DNA from: a virus
Strand: one strand, 5' to 3'
Length of the DNA: 26,227 nt
Virus genome (UHGV): UHGV-1489845
The first letter of the stretch is position 1. Every line of letters starts with the position of its first letter. Made by a program: the position numbers and the translations under genes. Under the pieces are notes generated by a model. It ran no database searches. It was not told the DNA's origin and worked only from the letters and a program-made list of their open reading frames with translations. This document shows positions 10,230 to 23,814 of the stretch, piece by piece.

Positions 10230-12787
10230 CGTCCACCTCCGGAGAACAGGCCACCATCACGCATCTGTGTCTGAATTTCATCACGGGCACCCTTGCGGGC
10301 CATGTCATACACTGCCTTCATCATCTGTGGACCTGGCAGACCATTCGTACCGTCGTTCTGAATCACCACGTGATTGTTCTGATTAAAATTAATGCCTTCA
10401 GCCCGCCGCATCTGCGCCGGACTTCCGGCACCGCCCACATAACCACCTTCCGCATAGCCCCGCATCAGGCGGTACAGGTTGCCGACACCAATCCGGCTGG
10501 TTGCCTCCTTCGTGAAGACAAATTCACCACGGTGAACAATCCCCGCTGGCTCATATTTGCCGCCGGTTCCCGTAAATCCCCCGGTCGCAAAATGGAATTT
10601 CGCCGCAGCGGCCTGAATGGCTGTACCGCCTGACGCGGATGCTCCACCACTGGCAGCACCGCCAATGGCGCTGCCGATACTCCCGACAATCCCCACCATT
10701 GCCTGCTTAAGCAGAATTTCTGTCATCATGGACAGCACGGAACGGGTGAAGCTGCGCCAGTTCTGCTCACTGCCGGTCAGCATCGCCGCCATATTCTGTG
10801 CAATACCATCAAAGGTCTGCGTGGCTGCACTTTTAACCTGCGACATACTGTCCGTGGCGCTCTCTTCCCACTCACTCCAGCCGGACTTCAGGCCTGCCAT
10901 CCAGCTCCCGCGAAGCTGGTCTTCAGCCGCCCAGGTCTTTTTCTGCTCTGACATGACGTTATTCAGCGCCAGCGGATTATCGCCATACTGTTCCTTCAGG
11001 CGCTGTTCCGTGGCTTCCCGTTCTGCCTGCCGGTCAGTCAGCCCCCGGCTTTTCGCATCAATGGCGGCCCGTTTTGCCCGTTGCTGCTGTGCGAATTTAT
11101 CCGCCTGCTGCGCCAGCGCGTTCAGGCGCTCCTGATACGTAACCTTGTCGCCAAGTGCAGCCAGCTGGCGTTTGTACTCCAGCGTCTCATCTTTATGCGC
11201 CAGCAGGGATTTCTCCTGTGCAGACAGCTGGCGACGTTGCGCCGTCTCCTCCAGTACCGCGAACTGACTCTCCGCCTTCCACAAATCCCGGCGCTGCTGG
11301 CTGATTTTCTCATTCGCTCCGGCATGCTTCTCCAGCGTCCGGAGTTCTGCCTGAAGCGTCAGCAGGGCAGCATGAGCACTGTCTTCCTGACGATCGCCCG
11401 CAGACACCTTCACGCCGGACTGTTTCGGCTTTTTCAGCGTCGCTTCATAGTCCTTTTTCGCCGCCGCCATCAGCGTGTTGTAATCTGCCTGCAGGATTTT
11501 CCCGTCTTTCAGTGCCTTGTTCAGTTCTTCCTGACGGGCGGTATATTTCTCCAGCGGCGTCTGCAGCCGTTCGTAAGCCTTCTGCGCCTCTTCGGTATAT
11601 TTCAGCCGTGACGCTTCGGTATCGCTCTGCTGCTGCGCATTTTTGTCCTGTTGAGTCTGCTGCTCAGCCTTCTTTCGGGCGGCTTCAAGCGCAAGACGGG
11701 CCTTTTCACGATCATCCCAGTAACGCGCCCGCGCTTCATCGTTAACAAAATAATCATCCTTGCGCAGATTCCAGATGTCGTCTGCTTTCTTAAACGCAGC
11801 CTCTGCCTTAATCAGCATCTCCTGCGCGGTATCAGGACGACCAATATCCAGCACCGCATCCCACATGGATTTGAATGCCCGCGCTGTCCTGTCTGCCCAG
11901 GTCTCCAGCGTGCCCATGTTCTCTTTCAGGCGGCGGGTCTGGTCATCAAACCCTTTCGTTGCGGCTTCGTTCGCCGCCTGCAATGCCCCGGCTTCATCGC
12001 CGGAACGCTGCAACTGAGCAACATACGCAATCTGCTCCGCCGTCACGTTATGGAACTGGCGCGCCATCGCCGTCAGCCCCGACGTCGGGTCAGTGGTCAG
12101 CTTCCCGAAGGCTTCAGCGACCTTGTCCACCTCCACACCGGATGCAGAAGAGAAACGCGCCACACTCTGGCTGATGGACGCAATCTGAGCCTCACCGCTT
12201 ACCCCCGCCTTAACCAGTGCACTGAGTGACTCGCTGGTCTGGTTAAACGTCAGCCCTGCCGCCTGCCCGGCTCTGGACAGGACCAGCATACGATCTGCCG
12301 TCAGACCCGACTGATTACCGGAAAGGACCAGCGTTTTGTTGAAATCGGACAGGGTTGAGTTACCCTGATACCAGGCATACGCCAGCGCACCGGTCGCCAA
12401 CGCCAGCGAGGTGGCCCCGACCATCGGCAGGGTGATCGCACCGGCAAGCCCCCGGAACATGGGGATCATCCCGCCGAAGGAGTCCTTAACCTGACCACCC
12501 TGTTGCAGCAGGATCAGCCACGGGCTTTGCCCGCCTGCAAGCTGCGTGGCCACGTCGGTGAACTGTGCAGGCAGCATACGCATGGCGGCTTTATACTGCC
12601 CGACGGAAATCCCCGCTTTCTGTGCAGCCAGCGCCTGTCGGCTCAGCGACTGTTCAACGACTGCCGCTGTTTTTTTCGCATCACTTTCCGTACCGAAAAA
12701 ATGACGCCTGACTCTGGCCATCTGCTCGTCAAATCTGGCCGCATCCAGACTTAAATCAACGACCAGATCGCCTACCGGTTCAGCCAT
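10226..12787 (-). CDS. H: Tail tape measure protein H
   Basis: 853-aa ORF, lambda gpH length; long coiled-coil-like central region and Gly-rich C-terminus. Confidence 0.9.
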   Translation of the reverse strand: MAEPVGDLVVDLSLDAARFDEQMARVRRHFFGTESDAKKTAAVVEQSLSRQALAAQKAGISVGQYKAAMRMLPAQFTDVATQLAGGQSPWLILLQQGGQVKDSFGGMIPMFRGLAGAITLPMVGATSLALATGALAYAWYQGNSTLSDFNKTLVLSGNQSGLTADRMLVLSRAGQAAGLTFNQTSESLSALVKAGVSGEAQIASISQSVARFSSASGVEVDKVAEAFGKLTTDPTSGLTAMARQFHNVTAEQIAYVAQLQRSGDEAGALQAANEAATKGFDDQTRRLKENMGTLETWADRTARAFKSMWDAVLDIGRPDTAQEMLIKAEAAFKKADDIWNLRKDDYFVNDEARARYWDDREKARLALEAARKKAEQQTQQDKNAQQQSDTEASRLKYTEEAQKAYERLQTPLEKYTARQEELNKALKDGKILQADYNTLMAAAKKDYEATLKKPKQSGVKVSAGDRQEDSAHAALLTLQAELRTLEKHAGANEKISQQRRDLWKAESQFAVLEETAQRRQLSAQEKSLLAHKDETLEYKRQLAALGDKVTYQERLNALAQQADKFAQQQRAKRAAIDAKSRGLTDRQAEREATEQRLKEQYGDNPLALNNVMSEQKKTWAAEDQLRGSWMAGLKSGWSEWEESATDSMSQVKSAATQTFDGIAQNMAAMLTGSEQNWRSFTRSVLSMMTEILLKQAMVGIVGSIGSAIGGAASGGASASGGTAIQAAAAKFHFATGGFTGTGGKYEPAGIVHRGEFVFTKEATSRIGVGNLYRLMRGYAEGGYVGGAGSPAQMRRAEGINFNQNNHVVIQNDGTNGLPGPQMMKAVYDMARKGARDEIQTQMRDGGLFSGGGR

Positions 12788-13618
12788 ACCGGACTCCTCC
12801 TGCGATCCCTTCTGATACTGTCATCAGCATTACGTCATCCTCCGTCATGTCCGCCACATCCGGGGAAGCGGGGATAACTTCATTCCCGTCCGGGCCAAAG
12901 CGGACACCTCCGGCAAGCCCTGCCGCTTTCTGCATCAGCACATCATCTTCAGGCTCTTCGTCAGCCTCGCGCCGGTTCAGCAGACTGAAATCCAGCGGAT
13001 GCATATCCGGATCGCTGAAAAACAGGCTGAGCACGGTGTACGTCAGCCCGGAAAAGTGCATATCCAGCAGAACATCATGAAAATAATGGGTACTGTAAAA
13101 GCGGTGCCAGTCGGCATACTCCGTGGATGACATCCCGGCAAGCATGGCACGCCAGTCGGGTCGCCCCATCTCACGCGCCAGTTTCAGGGCAAAACTCAGC
13201 TCACCGTCGAACACTTTCCCGCAGAAACAGGCTCTGCGGGCCCGGCGTCCTCTGTCTGTTCAGGGGCATTATTCACCACAAACTCATACATACCAGACAG
13301 CCGGTACACCACGTTTTCAGCATGAGAAATTGCCTCCGTGGGCCAGGTGGTAAGCACTTCCTGCTCAATCTGTTTAACGGCTTCATTCATGGACGGCATC
13401 TGCGTCTTCTGCGGATGGTTATGCCACAGGGACATCGCCACCAGAAACGCGCCGGTTCTGATGGCGTCTTCCACAGTAAACTTCCGGTTGCTGTCTGACT
13501 CCGCCTGTTCTGCCTGCCGTTTCATCAGGGCGAGATGCTCAATGCGCTGCAGGGCTGACAGTTCAGAAAGCGTGACGGTCACACCGTTATGTTCAAATGA
13601 TTCGGTTTTCAGGAACAT
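12780..13618 (-). CDS. T: Tail assembly chaperone G-T fusion made by programmed -1 ribosomal frameshift from G into the T frame
   Basis: T-frame ORF 12780..13214 (FDGELSFALKLAREMGRPDWRAMLAGMSSTEYADWHRFY...) has no independent ATG or RBS and begins inside the end of G; slippery heptamer present (next feature). Matches the lambda G/GT arrangement. Confidence 0.7.
13196..13618 (-). CDS. G: Tail assembly chaperone G
   Basis: 140-aa ORF MFLKTESFEHNGVTVTLSELSALQRIEHLALMKRQ...; lambda gpG. Confidence 0.9.
   Translation of the reverse strand: MFLKTESFEHNGVTVTLSELSALQRIEHLALMKRQAEQAESDSNRKFTVEDAIRTGAFLVAMSLWHNHPQKTQMPSMNEAVKQIEQEVLTTWPTEAISHAENVVYRLSGMYEFVVNNAPEQTEDAGPAEPVSAGKCSTVS
13214..13220 (-). 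other. Slippery heptamer G GGA AAG (-1 frameshift site for G-T)
   Basis: Minus-strand GGGAAAG read as GCG GGA AAG in the G frame, six codons before the G stop. Confidence 0.7.
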
Positions 13619-13633
13619 CGCTGACTCTCCGGA

Positions 13634-14374
13634 TTAACTGGCGGTGACGGTAATTTCTGCAACCGCAGCAAGTTCACCATTACCGGATACAACCGGAATG
13701 TTGACCTTGCCTGCAGCAACGCCGTTCACGGTGATGGTCATACCACTGACCGACACGGTGGCTTTTGTTTTATCCGCAGACACCGCACGAAAGCTCTTGT
13801 CGGTTACGCCCTCCGGCTGGAAGGCCACGGTCAGCGTGGTGCTCTGCCCTTTCACCACCGAGGTGCTGGCAGGCGTCACGGTCATGCCGGTTGCCGCTGT
13901 TACCGTGCTGCGATCTTCTGCCATCGACGGACGTCCCACATTGGTGACTTTCACCGTGCGGGTGATCACTTCCTTCGCCGTCACCGCCTTACCGATACTG
14001 CTGACCCAGCCACGGAACACATCGACCGTGCCGTTCGGGAAGCGGATTTTATAGGCACGGGTATCGCCTTCATTAAACCACGCCAGCAGCGCCTGCTGCC
14101 CCTGCTCTCCGGGCATCCACGCCAGCGTGAAGCTGGTATCTCCGGCAGATTTCTGCCCCTGCCCGGTCGCAGTCCAGTCTGCATCTTCATCATCGAGATA
14201 GCTGTCGTCATAGGACTCAGCGGTCAGTTCGCCGGGCGTCAGGTCTTTAACTTTTGCCAGACGCGACCAGTCAACGTCTGAAAGCGGATTCGCATAAGGG
14301 TCACCGCTCCCCTTATAAACCCACAGGGTGGTCCCGGCACCTTTCACCGGCATTGTAGGATTTGGTACAGGCAT
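13634..14374 (-). CDS. V: Major tail tube protein V with C-terminal Ig-like domain
   Basis: ORF 13634..14404; lambda gpV begins at [30 protein letters not shown]... (residue 11 of the track ORF), giving a start at 14374, 7 nt after the U stop. Confidence 0.9.
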   Translation of the reverse strand: MPVPNPTMPVKGAGTTLWVYKGSGDPYANPLSDVDWSRLAKVKDLTPGELTAESYDDSYLDDEDADWTATGQGQKSAGDTSFTLAWMPGEQGQQALLAWFNEGDTRAYKIRFPNGTVDVFRGWVSSIGKAVTAKEVITRTVKVTNVGRPSMAEDRSTVTAATGMTVTPASTSVVKGQSTTLTVAFQPEGVTDKSFRAVSADKTKATVSVSGMTITVNGVAAGKVNIPVVSGNGELAAVAEITVTAS

Positions 14375-14381
14375 AGCGTCC

Positions 14382-14777
14382 TCACATTTCATAGGTAATG
14401 ACATAAGTCAGATCGGCTGAACTCCACAGGCCCGCATCATCGTCGCGCCGGTAGTCATAGCCGCTGGCCACCATACTGGTGATCAAATCTGACAGTGCCG
14501 GGATATCACTCATCACCGGATAAATCCGGGACTCCATCCACTCATCCAGCTCTGAATCCGGCACCTGAGCAGGCAGGAAAACTTCGATATGCAGCTCCGC
14601 CTGCCAGGTATCGCTGTCCAGCTCTTCGCCCGTGTATTCAGCGCCGGTGAGATAAACGGCAACTGCCGGAAAATCCGCCTCATCAAAAACAGCGGGGCGA
14701 CCATCAAAAAACGTCGCCCCGGTGTCATGCTTCTCCAGTGCATCCAGTACGGCTGCACGGAGTTCAGTATGTTTCAT
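14382..14777 (-). CDS. U: Tail terminator protein U
   Basis: 131-aa [51 protein letters not shown]...; lambda gpU. Confidence 0.9.
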   Translation of the reverse strand: MKHTELRAAVLDALEKHDTGATFFDGRPAVFDEADFPAVAVYLTGAEYTGEELDSDTWQAELHIEVFLPAQVPDSELDEWMESRIYPVMSDIPALSDLITSMVASGYDYRRDDDAGLWSSADLTYVITYEM

Positions 14778-15352
14778 CGCTTTATTACCATTCTCAGTTG
14801 ATGCTGCAGCGCATAGCCCAGCTCTTTCGGAAGACGTTCACGCCGTATCCGTTCAATATTCTGTTTAAACGCCGTGGTCAGCGGCACCGCCATCGGGATT
14901 TTCAACACATCAATGGGGTAACGGTTTTTCCCGGCCACACGCTGCATGACATGCCAGCGGCCATTTTTCAGTTGCTGAATAAACGCGCCGGGAATACGAC
15001 GGTTTCCCACCACAAGCACGCTGCCGCCACCTTTCAGGGCTGAACGCTGCCCCTTTTTACGACGCCAGCGTCGGGACAGGACAACCCGCGCGTTACCCAG
15101 CTTTATTACGGGCAAATCCCCCCGGTTAACCCTGATTCTGGCCTGCGGATTTTTGACCGTGGCCCTTTTCAGCCTGGCCCTTTCCTTTACCAGTTTCCGG
15201 CGTACCTTTGTCTCACGGGCAACCTGTGCCACCGACTGCGATATCGCGGATGAAGCAACGCGGTTAATGGCCATTGCGGCGGCACCGGGCACCGCCGTTC
15301 TGCTGATACGGCTGAGGTTTTCAACGGCCTGCTCAAGACCTTTTATGGCCAT
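14774..15352 (-). CDS. Z: Tail completion protein Z
   Basis: 192-aa ORF MAIKGLEQAVENLSRISRTAVPGAAAMAINRV...; lambda gpZ; 4-nt overlap with U. Confidence 0.9.
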   Translation of the reverse strand: MAIKGLEQAVENLSRISRTAVPGAAAMAINRVASSAISQSVAQVARETKVRRKLVKERARLKRATVKNPQARIRVNRGDLPVIKLGNARVVLSRRWRRKKGQRSALKGGGSVLVVGNRRIPGAFIQQLKNGRWHVMQRVAGKNRYPIDVLKIPMAVPLTTAFKQNIERIRRERLPKELGYALQHQLRMVIKR

Positions 15353-15363
15353 ACATCCCCCTT

Positions 15364-15717
15364 TCAGCGGCGACGGTTAACGGCAGGCGGTACGCCCCGC
15401 CCAAGCCAGAGATGACAGCTTCCGCCATCATCCGGCGAAATCCGGTCTATCCAGAAGTTTTCCTCACCGATGGTCAGCGTGTCGCCGCGCCGCAGCTGCC
15501 GCACATCATCAGTCCGGACAAACAGGGACGGGCTGGAGCCTTCAACGCGCACGCCCTGTCCGGCATAGCTGATATTTTCAGGGTCATCAAAAACACCACG
15601 TATCACAGCACCGGACTGCTCACCGGATGTCATGGTGGCTGACGTTCCCATGTATCCGCGTATCGTTTCATCGGCGCAGGCAATGGCAGCATCGAACAGG
15701 TTATCGAAATCAGCCAC
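15364..15717 (-). CDS. FII: Head-tail connector protein FII
   Basis: 117-aa ORF MADFDNLFDAAIACADETIRGYMGTSATMTSGEQSGAVIRG...; lambda gpFII. Confidence 0.9.
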   Translation of the reverse strand: MADFDNLFDAAIACADETIRGYMGTSATMTSGEQSGAVIRGVFDDPENISYAGQGVRVEGSSPSLFVRTDDVRQLRRGDTLTIGEENFWIDRISPDDGGSCHLWLGRGVPPAVNRRR

Positions 15718-15728
15718 AGCGCCTCCCG

Positions 15729-16124
15729 TTATTGCATTCTGGCCAGGCCGCGCTCTGTCATTTCTGCTGCCATACCGGCAGAGACACGAAACGCCGTTCC
15801 CGGCAGCACAAATGCCACAGGTTCATCCCGCGTGGCGTGAAGTGCATCAGTATGCAGCGTCACCAGTGCCACGACCGTGACCAGAGCAGCCGTATCAGTC
15901 ACGGTATCCGGCTGCGCTGATACCACCTCATTTTCATGCACGGTCAGCACATTTTCCGGGCTGACAGACGTGTCCTGACCGGCTGCGTCATCCGTGTCAT
16001 CAAGCTCCTCTTCCAGCTCTGCCACACGGAGCGCCAGTTCTTCTTTCGTCCCCGTCAGGCTGACATCACGGTTCAGTTGCTCACCCAGCGAACGGAGACG
16101 GGCAATCAGTTCATCTTTCGTCAT
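15729..16124 (-). CDS. FI: DNA packaging accessory protein FI
   Basis: ORF 15729..16163; lambda gpFI begins MTKDELIARLRSLGEQLNRDV... (residue 14 of the track ORF), giving a start at 16124 with GGAGGAG three nt upstream. Confidence 0.85.
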   Translation of the reverse strand: MTKDELIARLRSLGEQLNRDVSLTGTKEELALRVAELEEELDDTDDAAGQDTSVSPENVLTVHENEVVSAQPDTVTDTAALVTVVALVTLHTDALHATRDEPVAFVLPGTAFRVSAGMAAEMTERGLARMQ

Positions 16125-16141
16125 GGACTCCTCCACAGAGA

Positions 16142-16163
16142 GAAAATGGCCCCGAAGGGCCAT
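16142..16163 (-). other. Stable hairpin with UUCG tetraloop immediately downstream of E
   Basis: Minus-strand AUGGCCC-UUCG-GGGCCAU followed by UUUUCUCUG; lies between the E stop and the FI RBS. Confidence 0.4.
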
Positions 16164-16165
16164 GA

Positions 16166-17191
16166 TTACGCCAGTTGAACGGACACGAACTCATCAGGGT
16201 CAGCCAGCAGCATCAGCGGTGCTGACTGAATCATGGTGAACTCTCGCGCCGGATCGCCGGATGTCTTCCAGTTTTTCGGATAACGGGGAGACGCATTAAT
16301 ACCCTCACTCAATGCATCTGCATCCTGAATACAGCCATAGGTGCGCAGACCGCGTGCATGAGTGTTACCCAGCACCATCGTGTTGTCCGGCAGGAAGTTC
16401 TTTTTGACGCCGTTTTCCACGTACTGTCCGGAATACACGACGATGGCCACATCGCCATACATTCCCTTATAAGACACCGCTTTGCCCAGGTCTTTTACCG
16501 CTGTCTCCAGTTCGGAATGAGAGCCGCGACGGGTATCCAGCTTCTCCCTGACGGCTTTGAAGGAACGGAACAGCGCCCAGCCTTTCGGGTCAAACACGAT
16601 GATATTCACCACGCCGCTGGCATTCAGCGCGTAGGCTTCGATATCGTCGGTCGGGTCATACGTGGACTTGTCACGCTTGCTCCACTCCGTGCCGCCGGAC
16701 TGCGTGATGTTGTTCGCCGCACTGCGGCCCATATCCACCTCAACCGGATCGAAGGCTTCACCGGTCATGGTGTATTTGCCCTTGAGCACGGCAGAAACTG
16801 CCTGCATCTCTTCGACCTGAGCAATGGCCAGCTCTTCGTCACGCATGTTCTGCATGATGATGCGACGGCGGCGGTAAGCCGGGTCCGCCAGATTCTGCGG
16901 ATCTTCATCCGGCAGGCGACGCAGGGTCATCTGCGGATTCACTTCATGCTTGGGTTTGACATATCCCGGCGTAAATTCAGAGGTGGAGCCGCCACGGGAA
17001 CGGATAACCTCACCGGAAACAATCGGCGAAACGTACAGCGCCATGTTTACCAGTCCCGGAATTTGTGAGAGATAGACTTTCTCCGTAGTGAAGGGATAGC
17101 TCTCACGGAAAAAGAGACGCAGAAACAGCGGATCAAACTTAAATTTCTGCTCATTTGCCGCCAGCAGCTGGGCGGTTGTGTACATCGACAT
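16166..17191 (-). CDS. E: Major capsid protein E
   Basis: ORF 16166..17218; lambda gpE begins MSMYTTAQLLAANEQKFKFDPLFLRLFFRESYPFTTEK... (residue 10 of the track ORF, whose own start is a GTG), giving a start at 17191. Confidence 0.9.
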   Translation of the reverse strand: MSMYTTAQLLAANEQKFKFDPLFLRLFFRESYPFTTEKVYLSQIPGLVNMALYVSPIVSGEVIRSRGGSTSEFTPGYVKPKHEVNPQMTLRRLPDEDPQNLADPAYRRRRIIMQNMRDEELAIAQVEEMQAVSAVLKGKYTMTGEAFDPVEVDMGRSAANNITQSGGTEWSKRDKSTYDPTDDIEAYALNASGVVNIIVFDPKGWALFRSFKAVREKLDTRRGSHSELETAVKDLGKAVSYKGMYGDVAIVVYSGQYVENGVKKNFLPDNTMVLGNTHARGLRTYGCIQDADALSEGINASPRYPKNWKTSGDPAREFTMIQSAPLMLLADPDEFVSVQLA

Positions 17192-17202
17192 AAAAAAATC
17201 CC

Positions 17203-17226
17203 GTAAAAAAAGCCGCACAGGCGGCC
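17203..17226 (-). other. Hairpin plus U7 tract between D and E
   Basis: Minus-strand GCCGC-CUGU-GCGGC followed by UUUUUUUACGGGAUUUUUUUAUG (E start). Confidence 0.35.
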
Positions 17227-17246
17227 TTTAGTGATGAAGGGTAAGG

Positions 17247-17579
17247 TTAAACGATGCTGATTGCCGTTCCGGCAAACGCGGTCCGTTTTTTCGTCTCGTC
17301 GCTGGCAGCCTCCGGCCAGAGCACATCCTCATAACGGAACGTGCCGGACTTGTAGAACATCAGTGTGGTGCTGGTCTGGTCAGCATCAACCGCCAGAATG
17401 CCAACGGCAACACCGTCGGTGGTGCCATCCCACGCAACCAGCTTACGGGTGGAGGTATCCGGCATCAACGGAGTCATTGCTGGCGTTTTCTTACTCAATC
17501 CGCCGGGCGCGGTTGCGGTATGAGCCGGGTCACTGTTGCCCAGCGGCTGGTAATGGGTAAAGGTTTCTTTGCTCGTCAT
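17247..17579 (-). CDS. D: Capsid decoration protein D
   Basis: ORF 17247..17585; lambda gpD begins [12 protein letters not shown]... (residue 3 of the track ORF). Confidence 0.9.
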   Translation of the reverse strand: MTSKETFTHYQPLGNSDPAHTATAPGGLSKKTPAMTPLMPDTSTRKLVAWDGTTDGVAVGILAVDADQTSTTLMFYKSGTFRYEDVLWPEAASDETKKRTAFAGTAISIV

Positions 17580-17588
17580 AAACATCCC

Positions 17589-18194
17589 TTACACTGGTGT
17601 GTTCAGCAAATCGTTAACGGCATCAGATGCCGGGTTACCTGCAGCCAGCGGTGCCGGTGCCCCCTGCATCAGACGATCCAGCGCAGTGTCACTGCGCGCC
17701 TGTGCACTCTGTGGTGCAGCTGCCAGAATGCGGCGGGCCGTTTCCACGGTCATACCGGGGGTTTCGGCCAGCACGCGTGCCTGTTCTTCACGTCCGTGAG
17801 CCTCCTCACAGTTGAGGATCCCCATAATGCGACTGTTTTCTGCCGCAACCGCTGCGGTGATCTGCGCGTTCACGTCCGGCTGCGCCGCGCTGGCGTTCTC
17901 GCCCTCCGTCGCTTGCACCACGCCAGTAACGTCAGCCTGCGAAGCAGTGGCTGAAACAGTTGTTGATTGAGTCTCTTTGGTCATTCGCCCTCCTGAGAGA
18001 CGGGATTTACGTGCATCCAGTGCATCACGCATGACGGTGATCGCATCGGTACTGTTAACAAGTTCATCAGCAAGTCCGGCATCAATGGCCTCCTGACCGC
18101 TGTACACTGCAGCCTCGGTATCCAGCACAGCCTGCACAGACAGGCCGGTATATGCCGACACCTTCTGTGCAAACATCCGGCGGGTTGCATCCAT
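17589..18194 (-). CDS. Nu3: Scaffolding protein Nu3, nested in frame in the 3' part of C
   Basis: In-frame Met at track residue 284 (MDATRRMFAQKV...) gives a 201-aa product sharing the C stop, the lambda Nu3 length. By analogy only. Confidence 0.55.
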   Translation of the reverse strand: MDATRRMFAQKVSAYTGLSVQAVLDTEAAVYSGQEAIDAGLADELVNSTDAITVMRDALDARKSRLSGGRMTKETQSTTVSATASQADVTGVVQATEGENASAAQPDVNAQITAAVAAENSRIMGILNCEEAHGREEQARVLAETPGMTVETARRILAAAPQSAQARSDTALDRLMQGAPAPLAAGNPASDAVNDLLNTPV

Positions 18195-18888
18195 CCGGGA
18201 CTGCAGTGTTTCCCGGACATCATCCGGTAGATGGCTGTAGGGGTTGCCATCCACCTTATGGCTGCCGCTGTAAATCAGCGTGATTTCCACGCCCTGTTTC
18301 TCCAGCGCAGCGCCGTAATTACTGTGAGCCATCATGACGCCGATGGAGCCTGTCCGGGCGGTCTGCGTGACCAGACGCCGGGAGGCGGCACTGGCAAGCA
18401 GCTGACCTGCGCTGCAGTTCATGTCATTGGCCAGCGCCCATACCGGCTTTATGTCACGCACACGGGCGATGATGTCAGCGCAGTCAAATGCCCCCGCCAC
18501 CATCCCGCCTGGCGTGTCCATATCGAGCAGAATGCCGTCCACCATCGGGTCGCTGGCAGCCTGTTGCAGACGGGCGATAATGCCGTTGTAACCGGTCATC
18601 CCCGAATACGGCTGCAGCGCCCGCGTCCGGCTGACCAGCGTGCCGGACACCGGCAGCACGGCGATGCCGTTCATGACCTGATAACTGCGGGCCTGTCGTG
18701 GTCCGTCATCATCACCGGATAACACCAGCGTCGCGGGTGCCTCTCCGGCAGCCAGGCTGTCACCGGACACCGCATCCGTCAGGCGGCTGATCCCAAGCTG
18801 GCCTGCAAGCGCACAAAAGAAAACCCGCGCATAGGCGGGTTCAAGCATCAGCGGCTCATTAAAGGCCATGCTGGCAATATGCGGGAGA

Positions 18889-18908
<20 letters not shown>
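17589..18908 (-). CDS. C: Capsid maturation protease / scaffold protein C (S49/ClpP-like)
   Basis: ORF 17589..19043; lambda gpC (439 aa) begins at ...TAELRNLPHIASMAFNEPLML..., where the track ORF shows V at residue 46, so a non-ATG (probably GTG) start at 18908 overlapping the end of B. Confidence 0.85.
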
Positions 18909-22589
<3,681 letters not shown>

Positions 22590-22615
<26 letters not shown>

Positions 22616-23135
22616 TCAGCAACCCCGGTATCAGTTCATCCAGCGCGGCTGCTTTGTTCATGGCTTTGATGATATCCCGTTTCAGGAAATCAACATGTCG
22701 GTTTTCCAGTTCCGGAAAACGCCGCTGCACCGACAGGGGGAGCCCGTCGAGAATACTGGCAATTTCACCTGCGATCCGCGACAACACGAAAGTACAGAAT
22801 GCGGTTTCCACCACTTCAGCGGAGTCTCTGGCATTCTTCAGTTCCTGTGCGTCGGCCTGCGCACGCGTAAGTCGATGGCGTTCGTACTCAATAGTTCCTG
22901 GCTGGAGATCTGCCTCGCTGGCCTGCCGCAGTTCTTCAACCTCCCGGCGCAGCTTTTCGTTCTCAATTTCAGCATCCCTTTCGGCATACCATCTTATAAC
23001 GGCGGCAGAGTCATAAAGCACCTCATTACCCTTGCCACCGCCTCGCAGAACGGGCATTCCCTGTTCCTGCCAGTTCTGAATGGTACGGATACTCGCACCG
23101 AAAATGTCAGCCAGCTGCTTTTTGTTGACTTCCAT
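22590..23135 (-). CDS. Nu1: Terminase small subunit Nu1
   Basis: 181-aa ORF MEVNKKQLADIFGASIRTIQNWQEQGMPVLRGGGKGNEVLYDSAAVI...; lambda Nu1; 26-nt overlap with A. Confidence 0.9.
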
Positions 23136-23376
23136 TGTTCATTCCACGGCCAAAAACAGAGAAAGGAAACGACAGAGGCCCAAAAGCTCGTTTTCAGCAC
23201 CTGTCGTTTCCTTTCTTTTCAGGGGGTATTTTAAATAAAAACATTAAGTTACAACGAAGAAGAACGGAAACGCCTTAAACCGGAAAATTTTCATAAATAG
23301 CGAAAACCCGCGAGGTCGCCGCCCCGTAACCTGTCGGATCGCCGGAAAGGACCCGCAAAATGATAATGATTATCAT
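23136..23376. other. cos region: cosB-like segment (23136..23312), cosN (23313..23324) and cosQ-side sequence including a 15-bp palindrome (23361..23375)
   Basis: Plus strand reads ...cgaaaacccgcg AGGTCGCCGCCC cgtaacctgtcggatc...; its complement GGGCGGCGACCT is the lambda 12-nt cohesive end, flanked by sequence I recognise as lambda's left and right ends. TGATAAT-G-ATTATCA palindrome at 23361..23375. Confidence 0.8.
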
Positions 23377-23523
23377 CTACATGTCACAACGTGCATCTAC
23401 GCCATCAAACCACGTCAAATAATCAATTATGACGCAGGTATCGTATTAATTGATCTGCATCAACTTAACGTAAAAACAACTTCAGACAATACAAATCAGT
23501 GACACTGAATACAGGGCAACCTC

Positions 23524-23757
23524 ATGTCAACGAAGAACAGAACCCGCAGAACAACAACCCGCAACATCCGCTTTCCTAACCAAATGATTGAACAAATTAA
23601 CATCGCTCTTGATCAAAAAGGGTCCGGGAATTTCTCAGCCTGGGTCATTGAAGCCTGCCGCCGAAGACTGTGCTCAGAAAAAAGAGTTTCGCCTGAAGCA
23701 AACAAAGAAAAGAGTGACATTACTGAATTGCTCAGAAAGCAGGTCAGACCAGATTGA
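23524..23757 (+). CDS. Hypothetical small basic protein (77 aa), predicted ribbon-helix-helix-like DNA binder; possibly DUF3950 (YnfO/YlcI-like) - unverified
   Basis: ORF MSTKNRTRRTTTRNIRFPNQMIEQINIALDQKGSGNFSAWVIEACRRRL...; basic N-terminus, then a beta-strand/helix/loop/helix pattern typical of Arc/CopG-type folds. Opposite strand to all phage late genes. Family assignment is from memory of E. coli cryptic-prophage gene neighbourhoods. Confidence 0.6.
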   Translation: MSTKNRTRRTTTRNIRFPNQMIEQINIALDQKGSGNFSAWVIEACRRRLCSEKRVSPEANKEKSDITELLRKQVRPD

Positions 23758-23814
23758 AGCAATTTAGATAATCGTGCAGACTAGGTACCTTCATATCACA
23801 TGGAAGGTACTACA

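Noticed and set aside
10617-12229. Several 170-190-aa plus-strand ORFs antisense to tape measure gene H
   Set aside because: Antisense to H; Cys/Arg/Leu-rich low-complexity products typical of GC-rich antisense frames.
16358-17068. 236-aa plus-strand ORF antisense to major capsid gene E
   Set aside because: Antisense to a highly conserved gene; no independent support.
22695-23234. 179-aa plus-strand ORF spanning the Nu1 5' end and cosB
   Set aside because: Antisense to Nu1 and running across the cos site, which in lambda is non-coding.
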